A stretch of DNA of 6,903 nucleotides from a virus (lineage: Duplodnaviria; Heunggongvirae; Uroviricota; Caudoviricetes). Every line of letters starts with the position of its first letter. Within the stretch, counting starts at the first letter, position 1. Shown piece after piece: positions 1-5,200 of the stretch. The DNA lies in IMG/VR virus record IMGVR_UViG_2740892423_000009; one strand, given 5' to 3'. The notes below the pieces were generated by a model. The model was not told the origin of the DNA, did no database searches, and worked only from the letters and a program-made list of their open reading frames with translations. A program made the position numbers and the translations under genes.

Positions 1-15
1 ATCTGTTCTCCAATG

Positions 16-60
16 ACTAGTCTAAAAACTAGTATTAAGACTATCACTTATTTAAGTGAT
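16..60. repeat. two adjacent inverted repeats downstream of the 149-aa gene
   Basis: ACTAGT (16-21), loop ctaaaa, ACTAGT (28-33); ACTAGT is self-complementary. Then ATCACTTA (43-50), tt, TAAGTGAT (53-60), a perfect 8-bp inverted repeat. Could be an operator or a weak terminator; no clean U-tract follows on the minus strand. Confidence 0.4.
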
Positions 61-90
61 ACTGGTTGTCTGGAGATTCAGGGGGCCAGT

Positions 91-540
91 CTACCCAGCA
101 TCATCGTTTATGATTCTAGTGATTATGGTTTCGTATGCAGTATCACAGCAATTGCACTTATAAGAAACTTTTGTGTCTAATCCTTTATAATCTTCTAACA
201 ATCCAACTAAAACCATATCTTTGCGTTCCAGCACATTGCTTGCTTTATCTAATACAGCTTCCTTATCTCTATTCTTTTTCTTAGGAAGTTTTAATGATTC
301 TTTATAGCATTCAAGACACGCACCTTGTTTTTTAAGAGTTTTGAAAGCAATTGTTCGCGTTGTGCTATGTTTCTTGCAGGTTATAGAAACGGGTGTATGT
401 TGCCCTTTCCACGGCACAACAAAACCGTTATAGATGTACCCCAACTCATCACAACGTTTAATGGCAATAGGTTCATAGTCAAGAGGCGTTTTTCTTGTAA
501 ATCCGGTGTAGTTGATATATTCAGCAAATAAAATCTCCAT
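91..540 (-). CDS. hypothetical Cys-rich, putative zinc-binding protein, 149 aa
   Basis: SD GGAGGA 4 nt upstream of the ATG at 540-538. Motifs C-x2-H-x16-C-x2-C (ITCKKHSTTRTIAFKTLKKQGACLEC) and C-x-C-C (YKCNCCDTAY) suggest a zinc ribbon or treble-clef. Tyr/Gly-rich N-terminus (EYINYTGF, LGYIYNGF). No HNH or GIY-YIG signature I can confirm. Confidence 0.7.
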   Translation of the reverse strand: MEILFAEYINYTGFTRKTPLDYEPIAIKRCDELGYIYNGFVVPWKGQHTPVSITCKKHSTTRTIAFKTLKKQGACLECYKESLKLPKKKNRDKEAVLDKASNVLERKDMVLVGLLEDYKGLDTKVSYKCNCCDTAYETIITRIINDDAG

Positions 541-548
541 GATTCCTC

Positions 549-578
549 CAAATAAAAAAGCGACCGAAATTGGTCGCT
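549..578 (-). terminator. rho-independent terminator (bidirectional-looking) between the 115-aa and 149-aa genes
   Basis: Stem agcgacc (559-565) and ggtcgct (572-578) with loop gaaatt. On the minus-strand RNA it is followed by UUUUUUAUUU (revcomp of 549-558), which runs straight into the GGAGGA SD of the 149-aa gene. On the + strand it is followed by cgtatttatt. Confidence 0.55.
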
Positions 579-592
579 CGTATTTATTAGAG

Positions 593-940
593 TTAGATGT
601 ATTCCATTATATACCCGGTAAATCTGAGTCCTTTAATGTAGTAATTAGTTGTGCCTACACACACCGCGCGTGCATCACCCAGACAGTTAAAACTATAAGG
701 ATTAACTACATCGACTTCTTGCCCGACACGAAAACGATACTTAGGACGTTTAGCCAATGTAGCGACACAAAACACGGTCCCTTTTTCATGATCGCGGATA
801 CATTCTTTATATTGTTTATGTTTAACTCTCTTCGCCTCAAAATCATAAGTCATTGATTCTGGACTAATGCCATTAATAAAAATACCGGAAAGCTGATCGA
901 CCGGATAAGTAGGAAATTCAGTGAAAATATTTTTAGCCAT
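593..940 (-). CDS. hypothetical protein, 115 aa
   Basis: ORF from the track with SD GGGGGT 5 nt upstream of the ATG. Protein MAKNIFTEFPTYPVDQLSGIF... contains four Cys (ECIRDH, FCVATL, FNCLGD, AVCVG). No family recognised. Confidence 0.65.
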   Translation of the reverse strand: MAKNIFTEFPTYPVDQLSGIFINGISPESMTYDFEAKRVKHKQYKECIRDHEKGTVFCVATLAKRPKYRFRVGQEVDVVNPYSFNCLGDARAVCVGTTNYYIKGLRFTGYIMEYI

Positions 941-944
941 GTTA

Positions 945-970
945 TACCCCCATAAGATTCTATGAGGGTA
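945..970 (-). promoter_or_regulatory. hairpin overlapping the SD of the 115-aa gene (possible translational control element)
   Basis: Inverted repeat tacccccata (945-954) and tatgagggta (961-970), 10 bp with one C/A mismatch and a 6-nt loop. On the mRNA the GGGGGU SD sits in the 3' arm, 5 nt before the AUG at 940. No U-tract follows, so it is not a classic terminator. Confidence 0.3.
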
Positions 971-978
971 TTTATGGA

Positions 979-1662
979 TTAAACGTATCTCATGCGCGAT
1001 TTAATGTGCTTATTAATGTTCTTAAGCATCATTTCCTCGTTGCTTTCCCACGATCCTAGCGTCGAATAACGAGTAGAAATTTTATCCGACTTAACGGCAA
1101 CAATTCGCTTACTCTGTTTCTGGATGCGTTTCTCTAAGCGACGTTTTGCCACCGCCGATCCATTCCTAGCGCGTTTGGTTCGGGATTTCTTAGGCTTGTA
1201 CTTCTTCATGATAAAAGTTCCTTCCTTGTTTTCTACCTTGATGAAGTTGCCGTTTTCGATGTTACGCATCATCTTACCGCCTTTGATGGCCTTAATGTTC
1301 CCGTGGGCGTCTAAGACCTTACCGTTAGCGATTGGCACTAGCTTATTGATTTTGCCACCATCGAAATAGTGTTTCAGATAGTCATCCTGACTGCCGATCT
1401 TCTTGTCCTTATCCCTTGCGCCCTTGATGAAGATTTGGTGTCTCGTCCCTGATCGGTTCTTGTAGTTGGTATTACCTACAGCTTGTTGAGTCCATCGAGT
1501 AGGTCTATCAACATTCTTGTTAATCTTCTTCTGGAGTGCTCTGGAAGCAAAGATCGCCCCTTCCCCTAGTGCCCTTTCGAATGTATCGGTTGCCTTTTCA
1601 GACCATTGCCGTAACGCTTTCTTAGTCCTTAGAGCGTTTCGTTTATTGGTACTGGTTGCCAT
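979..1662 (-). CDS. hypothetical strongly basic Lys/Arg-rich protein, 227 aa; possible nucleic-acid-binding or virion-internal protein
   Basis: SD AGGGGG 5 nt upstream of the ATG at 1662-1660. By my hand count about 57 Lys+Arg against about 19 Asp+Glu, with basic runs KKYKPKKSRTKRARNGSAVAKRRLEKRIQKQSKR. No catalytic motif recognised. Confidence 0.75.
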   Translation of the reverse strand: MATSTNKRNALRTKKALRQWSEKATDTFERALGEGAIFASRALQKKINKNVDRPTRWTQQAVGNTNYKNRSGTRHQIFIKGARDKDKKIGSQDDYLKHYFDGGKINKLVPIANGKVLDAHGNIKAIKGGKMMRNIENGNFIKVENKEGTFIMKKYKPKKSRTKRARNGSAVAKRRLEKRIQKQSKRIVAVKSDKISTRYSTLGSWESNEEMMLKNINKHIKSRMRYV

Positions 1663-1663
1663 G

Positions 1664-1834
1664 TTAGCCCCCTAATAACGAAAAGACCCCCGCCAGTGTC
1701 CTTAGCAATTGTTCATCCACGGTCATAGCCGGGAGTTCAAGCCCAAAGGACGTTAGCAGAGGTCTAATAGCTACGTTATAAGTGAGGGCGACAATCAAGA
1801 GATAACCAAAATATTTCTTAAGTTTATTCTTCAT
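1664..1834 (-). CDS. small hydrophobic membrane or secreted protein, 56 aa (not in the supplied ORF track)
   Basis: Hand translation of the minus strand gives MKNKLKKYFGYLLIVALTYNVAIRPLLTSFGLELPAMTVDEQLLRTLAGVFSLLGG*. SD AGGGGTG lies 5 nt upstream of the ATG at 1834-1832. Basic N-region plus hydrophobic core, no Cys, so not a lipoprotein. Stop TAA (1666-1664) is 1 nt from the next gene's ATG (TAACATG), implying translational coupling. Confidence 0.5.
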   Translation of the reverse strand: MKNKLKKYFGYLLIVALTYNVAIRPLLTSFGLELPAMTVDEQLLRTLAGVFSLLGG

Positions 1835-1852
1835 ATATTCACCCCTTTATTA

Positions 1853-2131
1853 TTATTTTTGTTTGAGTATGTCGAGAACTTGGTCAAATTTAGCATCCAT
1901 CGCAACCACTTTCTTCTCTATACCGTGTAGTGTTTGTTCCATTTGGTAAACACGTTCAGCAATCTGAGTATGGTTATTCTGCATCGTCTCAAACTTCTGG
2001 TTTAACAATGCGTCGCTGGATTCCAATTTAGATAACCTATTTTCAGTTGCTAATTGATTTCGGTGAAGTCTCCAAAGACCACCGCAAATTAAGGCGATAA
2101 CACCGATACCGCCATATATAATTTCAGTCAT
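1853..2131 (-). CDS. hypothetical single-pass membrane protein with a long coiled-coil domain, 92 aa
   Basis: ATG at 2131-2129 preceded by CGGGGGCGTA. N-terminal hydrophobic helix IIYGGIGVIALICGGLW followed by RLHRNQ, then about 70 aa rich in heptad-like Leu/Ile/Val/Met spacing (LSKLESSDALLNQKFETMQNNHTQIAERVYQMEQTLHGIEKKVVAMDAKFDQVLDILKQK). Three consecutive TAA stops. Confidence 0.7.
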   Translation of the reverse strand: MTEIIYGGIGVIALICGGLWRLHRNQLATENRLSKLESSDALLNQKFETMQNNHTQIAERVYQMEQTLHGIEKKVVAMDAKFDQVLDILKQK

Positions 2132-2170
2132 TACGCCCCCGATATTTTTATAATTTCATGGCAGAATTAT

Positions 2171-2216
2171 TTAGATAAAAATAATCCCGCCTAACTCAAA
2201 AGAATTAAGCGGGATT
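2171..2216 (-). terminator. rho-independent terminator downstream of the J-like gene
   Basis: On the minus-strand transcript: stem AATCCCGC (2216-2209) and GCGGGATT (2190-2183), extendable through a U-G wobble plus UAA/UUA, with a ~10-nt loop, followed at once by ATTTTTATCT (revcomp of 2173-2182). Lies 20 nt after the J stop. Confidence 0.6.
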
Positions 2217-2235
2217 AATTATTAAAATTAAATTT

Positions 2236-5200
2236 TTAAGAAACAGTAATACCCGTAGTAGCTTTTTTAGTTACCATTACAGTTAAATCACTGATCCATG
2301 TGCTAGGCGTCCAGTTGTTGATTGCGCTTGATTGCACTTCAAAGGTCAAGGTCACAGCACCTTTACCCGCTGGCATATCAATAACACCTGAGTAAAGACC
2401 AGTATTACCGCCATACGCCCTATTATACAACTCTGACCCATTCTTACGAACAATCAGGCGACAGGTGTCGTAATAGGTATTATTGTTCGACCCTTCACGC
2501 GCTCGCAATCCACCAAAACTAATTGCCGGAATAACGATTTGACGATCGAACTTGTGATCATCTTCAACGCGAACGGTTACTGTACCTTGCGGATAGCCAC
2601 CATAACCATTATCAACGTTAACATCACGGTGTGGGAACTTACGACCAATCACCTTAACGAAATCACCCTTAACCTGAGTAGCTTCAAGCATACCCTTAAT
2701 AACACAGCTAGAGTTAATCGTGACGTTGTTCAGAGTACCGGAATCAGCCGTGATATTACCTTTAACGGTAGCGTTCATGAACGTAGCACTACCGTTCTTA
2801 TTGATATGCCATCCGGTAGATCCGTTCCAGTTGGAAGACTGGATATAGTTACCGATTTTAGCGTTATCAATTGCGCCATTTACAATCTTGGCGTTGGTGA
2901 TCGCGCCGTCTTGGATTTTCGCTGAATTGATCGCAGCATTGCCAATTTTAGCCGTGGTGATACTAGCATCAGTAATCTGTGCTGATCCGATTGAGGCATT
3001 ACGAATCATCGCATTATCGAGATAAACCTTGTTACCTTCGATACCAAACGGGCAAACATCGGTCCCGTTCTGCGGAGCTACAGCAATTTTATCAGCCGTA
3101 AAGATGATTTTAGTCGGTTGTGCCGGATCGTTAGTTGCGCTCATGTGAATGCCAGCCACGCGACCATCTGCATTAACTGCTAGATTGTATTTGCTGTTAA
3201 TGGTTCCCTTCAAAGCATCGATCTTAACGTCCGCTTCCTGATTCACACCAGCAATCTTGCCATCCATTTCTACCCGAACTTGGTCAATCTTACTTGCGCT
3301 TGCTGCTTCACTGGTAGCAATAGCTTGTTTCAGGGTTGTAGCGGAGGCGCTAACTTCTTTGGTGATATCGCCTTTCAGTTCAGCTTTAACCTGATCAATC
3401 TTAGTTGAACTTGCCTTATCACCAGAAGCAATCAGACTCTTTAAGGTATCGGCTGAGGCTTGAACAGTTTTACCCGTCTCGGTAGTGATTTGCTTATGCA
3501 TTGCATCAATTTTAGCATCGGCATTAGCGCCAGCTTGAGCAATAGCATCAGCGATGGTTTCATCTAAGCGATCTTGTAAACCAATCAGGTCTTCCAGTGC
3601 TTCTTTGTCCTGATCGTCCCAGCTAATGGTAGATTTCATTTGCATGAAATACGGTTCAGACCAAACAGCATCATCCATACCGAAAATATCGTAGTGAGCA
3701 CCACGGATATAATAATCACCGTCAGCAATATCAAAGGAAGTATGGCTAACACTATTCGTGCTTACTGCCCTTGCATCTGAGAAAGTGTTGTCGGTTGCAT
3801 ACTGGATGATTGACCCTGCATAGTCATGTTCTACGTCATCCGCCCAGCTAACAAACGCAGTATTAAAGCCACCACGCGCACTAAAACCTTTCATTGGCTT
3901 ATGTTGTGGGTTGATAGCCACTAAACGCGCTGGGGCGCTCTCTGAGTTGTTATAGCCCTTAGCTGATACTTCTACCGTCAGTTGACGCGAAAGGCCGTTA
4001 AACTGGTTCATATCAAGCGTATAAGTCCATGATTCAGGATCGCGGGTACGGTACTGAATAGACTTACCAGCCTTGTTAGTCACCTTGATAATGTATGCTT
4101 CAAACAGGTCACTAAACTTGTTAGTTTCACCGTTGATCATCACATCTAATTGTTGCTGGTTTTCCCATTCGATAATCAGATCATTACCTTCGAAAGTTCC
4201 TGGCGTGCTACCCTGATTTTTGATTCGAATAACCGGAGTCGGCAATTCATAGGTAACGGTAGGATTCTGGTTAACCAGTTCTACCCAATCGGATCGCGCG
4301 ATGATACCGAAAGCACAAACTCGATAATCGTAGGAACGATCTTTTGCCAGTGCATTGACACTGAAAATTTGCTGTGAAGTCTGTCCCAACTTAATCCAGT
4401 TAGGTGATCCGCTTACACGGTAATCAATCTGGAAGCCGTAGCGGTTAAAATCTTCCGGTGCATCCCATGTCAAAGTAACGTTTTTACCGTAAATCGTCTC
4501 GCCAGTTGCCTTAATTCTGAAATTAGTAGGCTTCTGTACTGTCATTGAATCCGGTAAACCACTTGGTCTATTGTCTGGAGTTGCCGCATAGTTCAGGTCA
4601 GTATAAACCTGAGAATTATATTCTGTAGCGGTGATAGTCATCATCCCAGCAATACCAGAATCAATAGAACGATCAATTGCGGTAATACGCCAAAGTGAAT
4701 TATTCAGTTTCAATTCATCATAGGTTACGCTGATAACGTCCCAAACTTCGGCAGTGAATGCGTCAGTAGTCATAAAGCTGATAACCTGAGTGATACGAGA
4801 TTTATTTCGTTCTACACTCGCAAGTTTATCAATCTGGGCTTTAGACTTAACAAAACGATATTCAATATCTTTAGCGATAATTCGACCATCTTGACGAATA
4901 GTAGCATCGTTTTCAGCATCAGCCGGATAACGTAGCATTTGCTCGGAATAGTCAATTGATGGTTCCTGATACATCGCGTTAATGGTATTGAAATAACCGT
5001 TAGTGCCACCTGTTTTCAGTGATACCTTACCCATCATGATATTGTCTTCATTGAAGGTATGCTTAACAATATCAGGAGCATCCAGTTTCAGGGTAATTCT
5101 TCCGAAGGATTCGAACATCACCCCGCCGAAAGTCTGCATAAGGCTAGTTAAGTTCTCTTTAAAGCTGGCGTTCGGATCACATGCACCGTTTGAATGCAAA

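Noticed and set aside
91-540. Calling the 149-aa protein an HNH or GIY-YIG homing endonuclease
   Set aside because: It has Cys/His zinc-binding-like motifs and Tyr-Ile-Tyr-Asn-Gly stretches, but I could not find a convincing H-N-H catalytic triad or a canonical GIY...YIG pair at the expected spacing.
325-856. Plus-strand ORFs 325..531 (68 aa) and 512..856 (114 aa)
   Set aside because: Antisense shadows of the minus-strand 149-aa and 115-aa genes, with no SD and low-complexity or odd composition. The second also spans the terminator hairpin.
1124-1369. Plus-strand ORF 1124..1369 (81 aa)
   Set aside because: Lies entirely antisense within the 227-aa basic protein gene. No RBS, and a Leu/Phe/Ser-rich translation typical of a reverse-frame artefact.
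1853-2131. Calling the 92-aa protein an i-spanin or holin outright
   Set aside because: The architecture fits, but there is no adjacent endolysin or lipoprotein o-spanin and the gene sits behind the tail-fibre terminator rather than in a recognisable lysis cassette. Left as a hypothetical membrane coiled-coil protein.
2132-2170. A sigma70 promoter for the accessory cluster
   Set aside because: The best -10 candidate (TATAAA) pairs with a -35 matching TTGACA at only 3 of 6 positions at 17-bp spacing. Too weak to annotate as a feature.
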